Positions 12,001-24,864 of a DNA stretch of 64,000 nt are shown here, one piece after another. Source of the stretch: Laetmonice hystrix (lineage: Eukaryota); contig OZ249441.1 in the NCBI GenBank assembly GCA_965235115.1, forward strand, positions 4,774,001 through 4,838,000, written 5' to 3'. Positions within the stretch are counted from its first letter, which is position 1. Each line of letters starts with the position of its first letter. A program made the translations under genes and the position numbers. The notes below the pieces were generated by a model, which saw only the letters and a program-made list of their open reading frames with translations, was not told where the DNA came from and did not search any database.

Positions 12001-14418
12001 ATCTAAGATTAACTATACATTGTACAATACAATATATCTAAGATTAACTATACATTGTACAATACAATATATCTAAGGTTAACTATACATTGTACAATAC
12101 AATATATCGTATCAATATTGTGCGTAAATGTTGGGAGATATCCGTAGCATCACCCCACGATTCTTTTTTTTTTTTTTGGGGGGGGGGGGGGGGGTTAGCC
12201 TCTGGACAATTGGTAGGAAGAAGTACAAATTTAGAACTCATCGCAATCCGTTCCCCGCGGTACTTCTAAAAATGTATATATTTTGACTGACTTTGTTTTT
12301 TTTTTCTTACACGACTCTGACAACGTTTTAATCTATCAAGTTTTGTACCTGATTATCTCGTCCCTACATTTCTCCTGGTTTCGTTTAGCTGGAGGTCGGG
12401 CGGCATTATGAGATCGTGACAACAAGCCCGCACGGACTTTACCGATTCCGCGTGGGTGACGTCATCAAAGTTGTGGACTTCTTCAACACAATACCAGAAT
12501 ACGAATTCTGCTATAGGTGAGAAGTATCTCTCTGTCTCTGTCTGTCTCTGTCTCTCTCTATGTCTCTGTCTGTCTCTCTGTCTCTCTCTCTGTGTCTACA
12601 TGTCTCTGTGCATGCCTCTCCCTCTCTGTGTGTCTCTCAGCTCTGTCCCTCTGTCTGTACGTCTCTATAAACCATCCAACTGGTAACAACGTTTATAGGC
12701 CTACATGTAATTGAACCACCAATCGTGGTTCTCAAGGGTTTAATAAAGGACGCTGAACCAACTACTTTTCCAGTACAATGTATATATATATTCAAGAAAG
12801 CTGCACTTAAAAATGACATAATGATTTGTATTTTTGAATAAGAGTTGGGCAGCGCCTGGATCTAGCGTTTGAGAGAACTCCTGAAGACGCAGTGTACGAA
12901 GCCGTGGAGAAGGCGTCGACACAATGGCCGCCAGGTGCCAGGCTTGTCGACTACACATCGACCGAGAGTTTCGTTATAGAACCCCTCACAGGTGGGTGGG
13001 TTTGAGGGTCAGTGCCGCCGAGAACCAGAACAGGTCGTGGGGTCGCCTTCCCATCACACACAAAATGTGGAGCGGGCGCCCGTGTAGGCCCTTGGTAGGC
13101 AGGGACCCCGGGGAACCTTTCCCTGCCCCCTATCGGTACTACTGTGACAGTTAGCAGAGTCGATTATGGACACACCCCCCCATATTCTAATGGTTTCCTT
13201 TAATTATGTTGCTGAACCCTTACTTTTTTGTCAGCTTCCTCCGTTGGCCCCTCATACATTTTCAAAATCCGAATGCGCCTAGTTGTAAAGCCTTAGGTAA
13301 AGAAAAGACATGGCCGATACTGTATTACATGTACTATGTCCACTTTGGGTGAATAGGTTGACCTTTCACCTGCGTTATCTTTTTATGTCGGATTTCTGTA
13401 GAAAATTCATTTATTTGCCAACAGGTAAAAGCTACCCAACAAGCTACTATGTTTTCTTCATGGAATTCGAAGGCCCTGACGACCGTCCTGTGCTAACAAC
13501 AGAAGATGTTGAGAAGGTACAGTTTGCAAGATTTACTGTAAGAAGTATATATTTGAGGGAAATCTACATTGAATTTGAGACGTTGCATGTCTGTTATAAT
13601 CTACCGGCCCGTGGAATAATAAGTTTATAATTCCATTCACCTCTGGTATGATTAAAGCTACTAATCGTCGTGTAATGTTCACCTGTCTACCTGTCATTTA
13701 CATACATCAGTTACATAAGCACGTCCGTATTTTACATACATCAATTACATAAACACGTCCGTATTTTGCATACATCAATTACATAAGCACGTCCGTATTT
13801 TACATACATCAATTACATAAACACGTCCGTATTTTTCCCAGTTGGATGATGCCATGTGTGCAGCACATGAACCGTACAAAATCTTTCGTCTGAAGGGAAG
13901 TATCGCACCTATTCAAGTCATACAGGTAGGTATGAGACGGCAATATAGGCCTACATGTTATTCATTGTATGCAATGAATGACATGTAGGCCTATAGGCCT
14001 ACCATATGAAACGTATCACACGTGTCGGATTAACCATGAAGCAAGTGGGACACGTCCCCCCAGTTTCAGATTACTGATAGTTATAAATAAATAAAAGAAA
14101 ATTATAACTTAGTGTTCTCCTCCCGCTCCACAGGCTGTCGACTTACTTAACCCGCCACTTTTGAATGAACCCTGTAGGTCTATCTTTAAAAAACCAATGT
14201 AACAAAATAGCATAATGAGAACACTTTAACACAGTTCTACCATAGGCATAGGATACGATCAAAATGTTGACCTTTTTCTCCAGGTCGCTTCCGGAACATT
14301 CGAAGAGCTCAAAAGGAGATTGTGGAACGGCTACCAGAGTATGCAGTTCAAGATGCCTCGTGTGCAGCGAAGAGAAGAATTTGTGACTTTTCTATTGAGT
14401 CAGAATATCGATAAATGA
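9024..14418 (+). CDS. GHDC: GH3-domain protein (GHDC-like), copy 2, about 631 aa, 8 coding exons
   Basis: Exons 9024-9138, 10180-10361, 10731-11741, 12389-12516, 12843-12991, 13425-13516, 13842-13925, 14284-14418; phases consistent, 1896 nt. Motifs VTSGTTGKNK, GHGSTEC, GLYRFRVGD, QFKMPRV. Three exon lengths (128, 149, 84 nt) equal those of copy 1. Exon 1 is the least certain. Confidence 0.88.
9131..10045. repeat. Minisatellite of 43-bp then 37-bp units (about 22 copies) containing the GH3-2 exon-1 donor
   Basis: Unit cttacctgccg|gtaagtaatcgtttcagttttctgttcatggt; period 43 (9138, 9181, 9224), shortening to 37 after about 9760. Confidence 0.95.
11759..12108. repeat. 35-bp AT-rich minisatellite, about 10 copies (GH3-2 intron)
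   Basis: Unit aagattaactatacattgtacaatacaatatatct. Confidence 0.95.
12527..12665. repeat. (TC/TG)n microsatellite in a GH3-2 intron
   Basis: Direct inspection. Confidence 0.85.
13698..13835. repeat. 34-bp tandem repeat x4 ending at a GH3-2 acceptor
   Basis: Unit ttacatacatcaattacataa(g/a)cacgtccgtatt; starts near 13701, 13735, 13769, 13803. Confidence 0.9.
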
Positions 14419-15815
14419 AATGAGCATTTATAATAGATGCCTCTAATTTTTTATAAACTGTAGCGCGCCCAGGATTCAACATAATGCAAACGTTAAGAGG
14501 TTATGCCCATCTTCTGATGATTAATGCTGCCATTAGTAATATACTAGTCCTGCTGCGGCCCATTACCATGTTCAGCGTTGTGTTGACTACTTTAATTCAT
14601 TTAGGCCGGGAGGGGGGTAAAAGCTATATAGACCTAGTTTATAATGGATCGATTGTGGTATTTCCGAACCGTTCGCCACTCGCGTTGGTCTCTTTACGAA
14701 TAAGGCTCACCAAATTCCACCGTTATTTTTTTACGCACTGATCGTCCGTACTACATAATTGAAATTAACTTTTATAGACAAATAACGCGGAAATACAAAG
14801 ATATGAGAAGAATAGGGTCTATATACGACCTCTCAAGGCGCCTTCTATTGTGGAGATCCCAGTGGATCCATGTAACAACATGAGACAGGAAAGTAGGGGA
14901 TGGACGAAGGAAGAAAGGGCCGGATTATTGCTCTCAATATCGTGCCTGCCGCACTCTAAGGCCATTTAGGGAACTGCCCACATCTAGGCTGACGATACTT
15001 GTATCTTATAACTTAGCAGTGCCGTTGGAGAGAGCAGATCTTCCATAAAGGCCTACTTCAGATTTGGAATTAACTTTTTCTAGACGACTACACGGAAATA
15101 CAAAGATATGAGATCAATAGAGCCTAGGCCTATATATGTATACGACCTCTCAAGGCGCCCTCTATCGTGGAGTTCCCACCTAGCGGCACATAGCTGACAA
15201 TGGACTCACGGGAGGCCTAGCCTATAGGTAGCTAAGCAGCCTAACTGCACCCACTTTACCCTATCTTGAAAACTTATTAGCCTAGGCCTACCTGTAGGGC
15301 CTATAGGTGCATAGACCCTCTAGGCCTAGGCCTATACCGTAGATCTAGGCCTAGCTAGCTATTTGTCCCTTGGGACGAAAACTTAACGAAACGAAATAGG
15401 CCTAGGCCTATGACCCATGGATGTCACAGTGTGGGCCTACCTACTAAAAAAGAATACAGTAGGCCTAGTGTAGGAAGGAAAAAAATATTGGGGGGGGGGG
15501 CAGAAGGGGAGTCATAATGACTTACGCATAGGCCTACATAGATGCTTTTGCATTGAGCCATGTGGTCATTTTATAAATATTGGGGGGGCAGCAGCCCCCT
15601 CTGCCCCCAGCTTCCTACGCCCCTGGAATTAGTATAATGTAGGCCTATACAAGCTATAGACCTCTCTAATTTCTACAACTCAACTGAGAAAATAGGAAAA
15701 TGGGCCTAGGCCTAATTAGCCAATTATTCAGCTTGGTTTATGCCATGGTTGGCATACTTAAGCCTACCGGAGTAGAAGCGCCTTGTGCAGCCTTCCTCAT
15801 CACGCCCTCTGTTGG

Positions 15816-15826
15816 TAATAATAATA

Positions 15827-15899
<73 letters not shown>

Positions 15900-18800
15900 T
15901 TATTTTCTCTAAGTCTCCGCAGAGATACAAGTCTCTACAGAGACACACTGACCCCTTACGGGGTATGAGAGAATGCAACGACATACGATGGCGATTGGCG
16001 GACCCATCGGTACAGGTGACAAAACAAAGACCCCTCCAGGGGGTATGGGTATAGTTCAACATTACTAATGAGTGGGTAGTCATTTAAAACGTGACATGAT
16101 TATCCTTATGAACTTGACTAGGTTAGATAGGATTCTTATGCTTGAGGTATTAAACAGCTCCTGGAACTTTAGAGCGTTTGGCCTATGAAAGTAATATTTT
16201 CTCAGGTACATCGATCTGAATTGTGAGAGGGCCGGGCATACCATCACATAATGATACTCATCACCATAATCTTCAGTGTTACACAAAGTACAGTGCTGTG
16301 ATGGCTGACCCTCTGAAAACCTACCACTTACTATTGGGAGCTTATGATTTCCACACCTAAACTGACAGAGTTTAGTTCTATCACAGAAGTTTAGTTTCAG
16401 CAAATAGCCCTCAAAACGGCTCTCCGTTTTGAAAATTTTATAGTTAGTACAATGCCTATGCGAGGTTACATCGCTGAGCCAATTCTGAATGGCGATATCG
16501 TCAATCCTACGGCTTACCGCCATTTTTACATACTTTCTGTCTAAATTGTTGCTCTGTTCTATCCAGATGTTGGACAGTCCGCAACCATCAAGGGTTGTTT
16601 TAACCTTCAAAATCCACTTGGAGTTAAACACATTGTTTATATGTAGGTTAAACAAAACTCTGTACATAATACTAGATAGTTTAGATGACTTGCCATTTAC
16701 CAAGCTAACCCAGTAGTTCACTATCCTTTTCTCAACTATAGTTTGTATGGGTAACTTACCCACTTCTCCATACACCATACATCTCGGAGTAAATTTATAC
16801 AATCTTAGGATGCTTCTAAGAAACTTTCTGTAGAATATTTCGATATAGTTTAGGCTGCAGGAGCCCCAGACTTCACACCCATAGAGTAGAATGGGAACAA
16901 TCATTTTTTCAAAAAGATCACATTGTATGTCTATTGGCAAGGCCAACCTCCTAGCTTTGGTCAAAAAAGCAAACATTGCACGCTTTGCCTGGTTAATTTG
17001 TTTTTCTATTGCTTTTGTAGAACTGCCATTATAATTGAGAATCGTACCTAGGTAGGTATAGTCGTCGACTACTTCTAGCTCATTACTTCCAAACTTAAAG
17101 AGCGGACGGTTTCTAACTTTCCCCCTGGAAAAGATCACCACCTTTGTCTTTGTAGCATTAACAGTCAGTTTCCAATTGAGACAGTATTCATGGACAGCAT
17201 TTAGTGCTACCTGCAATTCATCAGCTGACTCTGCCATCACGACTGTGTCATCTGCATACAACAGCACATACAATTTTAGGTAGACCTCAACATCTTCATC
17301 ACTAAGTGTACTTCTTACATCCTCACTAAATGTTTTCAGACCTTTATAGTATCTGCTAACATGATACTCAAAATCATTAAGGTAAATCGCAAATAACAGA
17401 GGTGACAGATTTTCCCCCTGCCTAACCCCCATGTTACATGTAAAGAAGTTGGAAAGCTTGTTACCTTGCTTAACACAGGACTTAGCGTTTTCATACAGGT
17501 TGTATATTACCCGGACAACATTGCCGTTTATGTTGTTTGCAATTAGTTTGCTCCAAAGAGACGCCCTGTCAATCAGATCAAACGCCTTTTTATAGTCGAT
17601 AAAGGCACAGTACAATCTTTTCCTGCGGAATAGGTACAATTCAATCAGGGAGTTAAGTACAAAAATGTGATCAGTTGTACTGTATCCCTGTCTAAAACCA
17701 GCCTGTTCTTCCCCTAGAATGCCGGCCCCTTCAAGATACATGTCAAGGCGACTGTTTAAACATGCTGTGAACAGCTTGCCAATGCAGCTCAGGAGCGTGA
17801 TGCCCCTATAATTACCAGGGTCAGAGGTGGAACCTTTGTTTTTATATATTGGTTGGATCATACCAACACACCAGTCTGAGGGAATAATACCTGTTTCAAG
17901 GACAATGTTAAATACGTCCACCAGTAGTGATAAGTAGCTGTCAGTGACATTCTTTAGAAATTCATTAATTATTCCATCAAACCCAGGGGCTTTGTTATTT
18001 TTTAGTTTTTTAACTGCAGTCTTAACCTCCGTTAGGATAAATGGTTTGTTAATATCTTCGTTGATAGAATGATTGATTTTTCTTGGGTCAAAATCTTCCT
18101 TTGTACTTTGGTCTCCTTTGTGTGGGTTTTCCCCCAGCTCTTTAAAGTGTTCAGTAAAGGTTTGTAATGCAACAACTTCTTTTGTATTCTTGGAGTGACT
18201 AGCACTATTTAAGGCAGACCAATATTCTTTAGGGTTAGTGGACTTCAGATTTCTTATCTTCTTATGAAAGTCCCTGGCATGTTGCTTTCGTATTTTTTTT
18301 GTAAGCTTTCTATATTCGCTGCCTATTATCTTGAAATCAGTTTCATAACGTGTTTTAGTGTCTATGTCTTTAGCCTTTCTAATTTTATCTTTTAAACGCA
18401 GATACTCGTCCCTTTTCGTCTCGCAATCAGCGTTAAACCACCCCTTCTTTGGGTATCTCCTACCTTTCCTCTTCTTAATTGCCCTATTATTTACATTTCT
18501 ACACATACCATGGAGCTTGGCAGGGCTAATAAGGATCTCGCATAGGTCCCTGTAGAGATAATCTACGTCTACTTGTGTAATGTTTTCCTGGTTAATCTCT
18601 TCCAATCTAGAGTGGAAGTTCTGAATCTCCTCTTCCGAGAGTGAGCTTCTATAATTGTTTTCCAGGTCGGGGTTCCATGTACATCTAAGCATTTGCTTAC
18701 CCTGAACACCACCAGAGTCACACACATCAGTATTCGAGTCACTAATCGATGATAGATTTTGTACAGACTCGTCACACTTTATCGTAATACAGACAGGGGA

Positions 18801-19318
18801 ATGAGCGTCTGATAAGCACTTATCAAATACATCCACGCAAAAATCAGAAATTCTGGGTAATAAAGGAACAGATGCAATTATATAGTCTACAACACTATTA
18901 CCATTAGCCGTATGGCATGTAAAATCTCCTGTCCTTAAATCCTTACCAAACCTCCCATTAACAATCTTGAGGTTAGAACCCCTACACAGTTCAATTAGCT
19001 TCTTGCCATTATCATTTGTTAGGCAGTCCTGGCTGAATCTTTCCGTAACAATGCCAATAGAGTTGAGTTTGTCTAAATCCTCATAAACATCATAATTATC
19101 CCCTAGTAAAATACCACCTGCATGAACAATTTCGTCTTCAAAGGGTACAAAATCATCGAGAGTATGCGTTCTTGAGTTAAAATCCCCTAGTAACATGATA
19201 GGTGCATTAAATTGAGAGTTAATATTCACAATATCCTCATACAGATGGTCAAATAACTCATCATGGTGGTACTTAGATCCTTCGTGAGGTATATAGCAAG
19301 CACCAAGTATACTACTAC
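15816..19318 (-). mobile_element. 5'-truncated non-LTR retrotransposon (LINE; APE endonuclease + reverse transcriptase + C-terminal Cys/His finger; RTE-X-like clade by inference)
   Basis: Uninterrupted ORF 16080-19229 that stays open to about 19318 (GACYIPHEG). APE motifs LLGDFNSRT, SVVDYIIAS, SDAHSPV; RT motifs KAPGFDG, YRGITLLS, EEQAGFR, FIDYKKAFD, GVRQGENLSPLLF, LYADD; CTLC...DEYHYVMVCP. About 180-nt 3'UTR, then a (TTA)n tail at 15816-15900. Confidence 0.93.
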
Positions 19319-19707
19319 CTTAGTACATCTACCGTCCTCCTGGAGAAGGGCGCCGGGTTTTCTGGAGGATCGTCGCCAGATCAGTGGACCACTATTGGTA
19401 CATACCAGACCTCATTAAATTTTGCCAGAAACGCGGTGCCCCAGGCTACTGCAGCTTGTGACCCGGCATCGTCTGACGCTAGTCAAAAGATCCTCGAGGG
19501 GGCGCCATCAACAAAACCACGAGACGCCGGATATCTACACGTCGTAGGGCCTGTAGACGCCTACATGCGGATTTTTAGCACAGATCTTTAGGCCTATAAC
19601 GTAGGCCTAACTATAATATAGCCTACTACCTTAGTACATCTACCGTCCTCCTGGAGAAGGGCGCCGGGTTTTCTGGAGGATCGTCGCCAGATCAGTGGAC
19701 CACTATT
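19312..19707. repeat. Exact 85-bp direct repeat at the LINE 5' junction (19312-19396 = 19623-19707)
   Basis: Base-by-base identical copies, 311 bp apart. Confidence 0.95.
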
Positions 19708-20096
19708 TTCCAGGGTGCGGCTCGCGCGGCGTTCCGGCGCCATCTAACGGTTAGGCCTAGAGACACTGTAAATCATAGAACTAGACAACTAGCGGGCCCT
19801 GACCAACCGTCTAACTGATTACATAACATTGAGTTATCATTTATCTATTTACCTCATCGTTTGGAGTATCAATCCATCGTCGATAGATCGCTACGAGCTG
19901 TCGTCAGTCAGACGGTGCGTGAAGAGTGAATTTCACCTTACCGACCCCTACTGGCAATTTCACGAACTATAACCGTATCCAACCAAAGGCCTTGGTCACG
20001 TGATGTAAACAAAACAACCCATGCAGACGGAAAGCGAAAACCCTCTGGCTCTGCGCTTTTCCTCCCCTTTGTCAATCTAGGCCTACAGACCACACA

Positions 20097-23000
20097 ATGC
20101 TGCATCTTATTACTGAAGTGGGGAAACCGGGCAAACAAGGTGAGAATGGTACCTTTCATGCAGAGAAAGGTACGATTAGTCTTTAGAGTGTTTAGCGGAG
20201 ACATCGGCGTGGCGATAATAGGAGAAAGTACTGTGACAAGGGATCGAAGGCCAACGGCAACATCTCGGCCCAACACTACTACAGTGCGGCACCTCAAATT
20301 GGGACCCAAAAACTTAGTTTTTGATACCTCAGTTGATTAAAAGTATGCTCGCGGTGTGCATAGTTGGTCAATCGGGACAGGAATGGTGGCAAATGAAAGT
20401 AGAGATTCAAGGCTATGAGCTAGTATAGAAATTAGACAGATTACATATAATTTTCATTTCTTTCGAGCTATGGAAACCATAGAAACCTGTTATGAAAACT
20501 TCCAAAAACGTGTGACCTTTCCGTGTTTGGCAGTCTGCCACGCAAAATCTGTCGCGACGACCTATACAAAAAAGTACCCAGAATTATTCCCCACATCGTA
20601 AGGTCTCCATAGATGTCTTCCTTTTAGCGAGACTCCTTATAGAGTATATTATAGTTATGAATACAGTGAGCTTTGTTTGAAAATTTCAAAAGTGCCCAAA
20701 ACTTGATAATGACGTTAAATATCACAACAGAAAGCCAAACTAAGTCTAAGGCAAGTGGGGGTTGAACTGGATGCCCTCCCAAGGTCCCAACTTACGGTGC
20801 CGCACTATAGTCGTATTTTCTCAAACTCCCACAATCTCTCGATTGTGCTGCTGAGCCTGATCACCTATTTTCTCGTTCAGGTTATTCGTACTGTGTCAGT
20901 GATAGTCACACTCACAGTGTCAGTGTCATGAGTGTGTGTACTGTATATTGCTGGCCTAGAATCTAGATCTAACGCGTTAACTGAATTTCTAAATATCTCA
21001 CCAAGTTCTTTATTAAAATGATGCTTCGTTCAAACAAAAAAATGGATAATTCTGTATCAAACAAACAAAAAGAACTACTCTAGACTCTAGTGGTCATATT
21101 TTCTTACAGAGAGGGAGCGACGACATTACCCTGCTGTCCATAACTGTAACAGCGAGCCCCACTCCAAAGCTCGAGCACGACGTTACATTCCCCATGGATA
21201 TGGTGATGAATGGGACTTCCGACCACACCCTATCAACATCAACCCTGTCTACTCAGAGTGAGTAAACACACCAGGCCTCTGAAAATTGCGGGAACGATCG
21301 TTTCATTTGCACATCGCTCGCGCAGATGTCAATTTGTGTAACCCAAACTCTGTTCATGCAAACTCACCGGTTCTGGTGAAATAGACACAATTGACGATCT
21401 TTTAATGTCTCCTTCGGCATGCTTCTCAGTATATCGCTAATGACGTTATATTTATTGAATATTAAAGAAATCCATATCCATGTGTAAGTGATAAGTCTTT
21501 TACTCAGTTTACATAGCCTACAGTTTTGTAAATGGGTTACGCAAAATGAATGGGTTACCTAAAAAAAATTTGGGGAACCCATTTATGGGTTACGCACATT
21601 TTCAATTTTCAGAGGCCTGCACACTGACTGCATGCTCACATCTCTTCATCTTTTTTTCTGATATCAGAGCATATCACATGTATGGTAAGTTACCTCAAGT
21701 TACAAACCCTGTTTTCATTCCTGCTTCCTCAAGTTACAACTTATATGTGATAATCTTAATTACAGGACTGGCCCAGATTGGAAGTCACGCCCCCGCAGAA
21801 TCCCCTCTCCACACAACCCTGACTACCGTCCTGAGATATGGCCAACTCCCTGGTACAGCATGAGAACATATCCCCGTGAGTTTACCTTACTAGGCAATGG
21901 ATAAAAATCATGGTCAAAACATCATACAACGAAGAACTCAAGATTATAGCTGATATTTGTTAGAATTTCTAAGAGTTATATGTCACTGTCAGCTAAGAAT
22001 AATACAACTTACCAGTATTTTTCTTTACCCATGTATTATAAGAGATGCAAAGCCAAAGGTATGAAAAGCAGGTGAGATTATAAGTCTCTGGCCAATAACC
22101 TGTTTCCAACACAATGCCATCTCCCCCCGTATCTGTCTACAAACTGATAAAATCACTTGCACAATGTGTACTGATATAGACACACCCACAGAAAAATCTA
22201 TTCTCTAGGTCTGCTACTATAAACAGTGCATCTTTTTACATTCATTCACAAAACCCCAGTGCACTCCATTTACTTGTTACACTGTCATGCCAACCTTATA
22301 ATGAGACAGCACCCACCCCGTTTCTTATCAAGTTACGTTTCTTTCAAGTCAGAGGGAGCATTCTAGAACTAGTTAATGTTCTGAAAGATCCAAACCGACA
22401 CCTTTTTTCGATGTTCCTAAGGACATTTTGACTGTTTTCATGACTTATTCCATGTCCTATGGCACCATAACTATTTATATCTTGGAGTAAAATAAGATGT
22501 TAATTTATGCATATACATGTACATTGTATGTGAAACACAATGTCTAAGCAATGGCTTATAATTAATAACATGCAATCTCAGATAAACTATAGGCAGGTTA
22601 TTAACTTGACTTTAATTCTTGTTTTTAACTGCTACCTTTTCACTGCCCTCATGCTGTATTTAAATAGACTGTGTGTGATTTCAGTCATGCCTGCCGGTAC
22701 CCACCAGTCTGAGAAGGAGTGGACCCTGTACCCGGAGAGAAAGGGGTATGACGCCACCCTCAGGTGTTCCTTCGATGGAGTACATAAAGCCACCATGACG
22801 TCATCCAATGAAATCACACACAAAATGTTATATGGAAGAGGTCGCACAGGTAATTCACACCCCAGCCCAGAAATTATAAAGAAAGTTCCCTTCACATTGA
22901 TTACTCAAACCTGGTTTAGTAACGGATCCGTTACATATGGAAAACCTTTGAGACTGAAAGAAGTTCACGATTCCCAAGTGCTAATGTATCTCAAAACTTG

Positions 23001-23814
23001 TATATTCCTTTATAAAGATGTGCCCAAGTCTTTATTGCATTCTTTTTTTTCTCCAGATGTATTCATCGACAAAAGGAATGGTATACCTCAATCAGCCCCA
23101 GCAGATAAAAGTTACCAAGTTGTGGAGTATTCTAGTGACTTTCACAAACAAGGATCTACTCGGCCATTAGTCAATTTTAGGTCAGTAAAGACATCCAATT
23201 AAACCCATACCTGGAGGTCAAAACCTGTTTATATTTTTATCCATCCGTTATATGAATGTTCTTTTCAATTTAAATTTCCTCCAATATGTTAATGTTATTT
23301 CCAATTTTATATTTTCATTCAATTTGTTGCCAGTGGTAACAAGAAGGCCAGGCCAGACACCTTTGTTCCACTGCAAGAGTTACCTCCTCTGCCAAGGTAA
23401 ATTATTGACCATAATACATCCTCTAGGGCAGAAGGTCCTAAGCTCTCGTTTATCACAACACAAAGTTGCAATATTGCCAATAATAAACAGCTGCTGATTT
23501 TATACCCCCACCCCCAATCCAAGACCATCATGTAATCCTCTAGGAACGTTTCGTCTCGAGCCATGGTTTGGAAATCCCCGTTTCAACATAAATAAATATC
23601 CTAGTCATCCACATAATTAAAATGAAAACAAAAGCTAATTTTGTCTTCTCCTTGCAGGCCTAACTATGTGATGAAGGAGCGGCAGCGGCAATTGGAGAGT
23701 GAACGAACAGTGGTGAAGGGATTAGAGAGGTGGCGGCCCGCCACCCCACTCACATACCCGGGTCCTTCCACAATCCTCGAGGATCGTGCCATGAGCCAAA
23801 TGAGCCGACACTGA
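20097..23814 (+). CDS. SPATS1: SPATS1-like (spermatogenesis-associated serine-rich 1 / SASRP1 family) protein, 269 aa, 7 exons
   Basis: Exons 20097-20139, 21110-21257, 21766-21875, 22685-22849, 23057-23180, 23334-23396, 23658-23814; all phases consistent, 810 nt. Segments EWTLYP, RNGIP...EYSSDFHKQGSTRPLVNFS, DTFVPLQELP and WRPATPL match my recollection of the vertebrate SPATS1 C-terminal domain. Confidence 0.72.
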
Positions 23815-24864
23815 ACACACAACAGGCACAAATCTAACTCTATTTTGGGGGCTTCTTCTGGGGAGGAAAAAAGAGGAGGGGGGAGGGGGCGTGCTGTTGG
23901 GTTTGGAAATTGCTGTCCATTATATATATCGAGTGGAACTTTGTACAAATACAGCAAGTTTGTCAGTGTGAAAGAAATTCCAGCAAAGTGTCATTGATGT
24001 CATTCGCGTTGCCTTTTCTCCAGTTGACATATCTCACGAGTTCCATGGCAATTATTTCATATCGTTTTCATGGGAATCATTCCCATGGTAAAACATCTGC
24101 TGGTAGACATTTTGAAGCTTTGTTGTCTAACTTTGGAACACCAAAGCTGGTTAAGGCAAAAAGAGAGTCAATGCAAGTATTAAAAATACACATCAGTATT
24201 TCCTTCAGTGAAGGCAAATTAATTATAATTATTGAGATGGAGGGGAGAGGGAGGAGAGACAGACTTGTGACATACTTGTTGCTAATTTCCTCTTTTTATA
24301 CTGAACTTTTCTACCGGTACTTTTATGGTATACTGGGACTTGGCGCAGTATTTCTACCAGTACTTTTATGGTATACTGGGACTTGGCGCAGGATTTCTAC
24401 CTGTGTATCTTAGAATGACAAGTGCCTGTAATAACGTGGGGAACGTCGGCAGGTCAGAATCGTGAAGTGAAATACATGTACATACCTTTTCACTAGTGTT
24501 TTAAGTATTACGCTTCAACATATTAGAAGAATCTCATCTGTGATAGTATATTGATTTGAAAGCCTGTCAAAAAAAAACTGCAAAACTAATCTTTAAAAAA
24601 ATAAATTTGTACACATTCAGTCTGCTTTACTGTTTTATTGCCTTTCCAGGGAGATGTCTCCTCAGTTCTGTCAATCATACTTACCTTCCAGTACAACCTC
24701 GTAGTTATTGGGTTGCAAAAGGGAATATTTTTCTCAATTCTTTTAAAAAATACGGTACAGGTATATTGAATACATTTACCGTGTCATGTTTTTCAGTTCT
24801 GATGAATAAACGGCTAGAAATTTGTCACCAGTGAACAGAAAATTTAGAATAATAATCTTAACAT

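Noticed and set aside
15700-16083. Poly-Ile and poly-Tyr ORFs
   Set aside because: Translations of the LINE (TAA)n tail.
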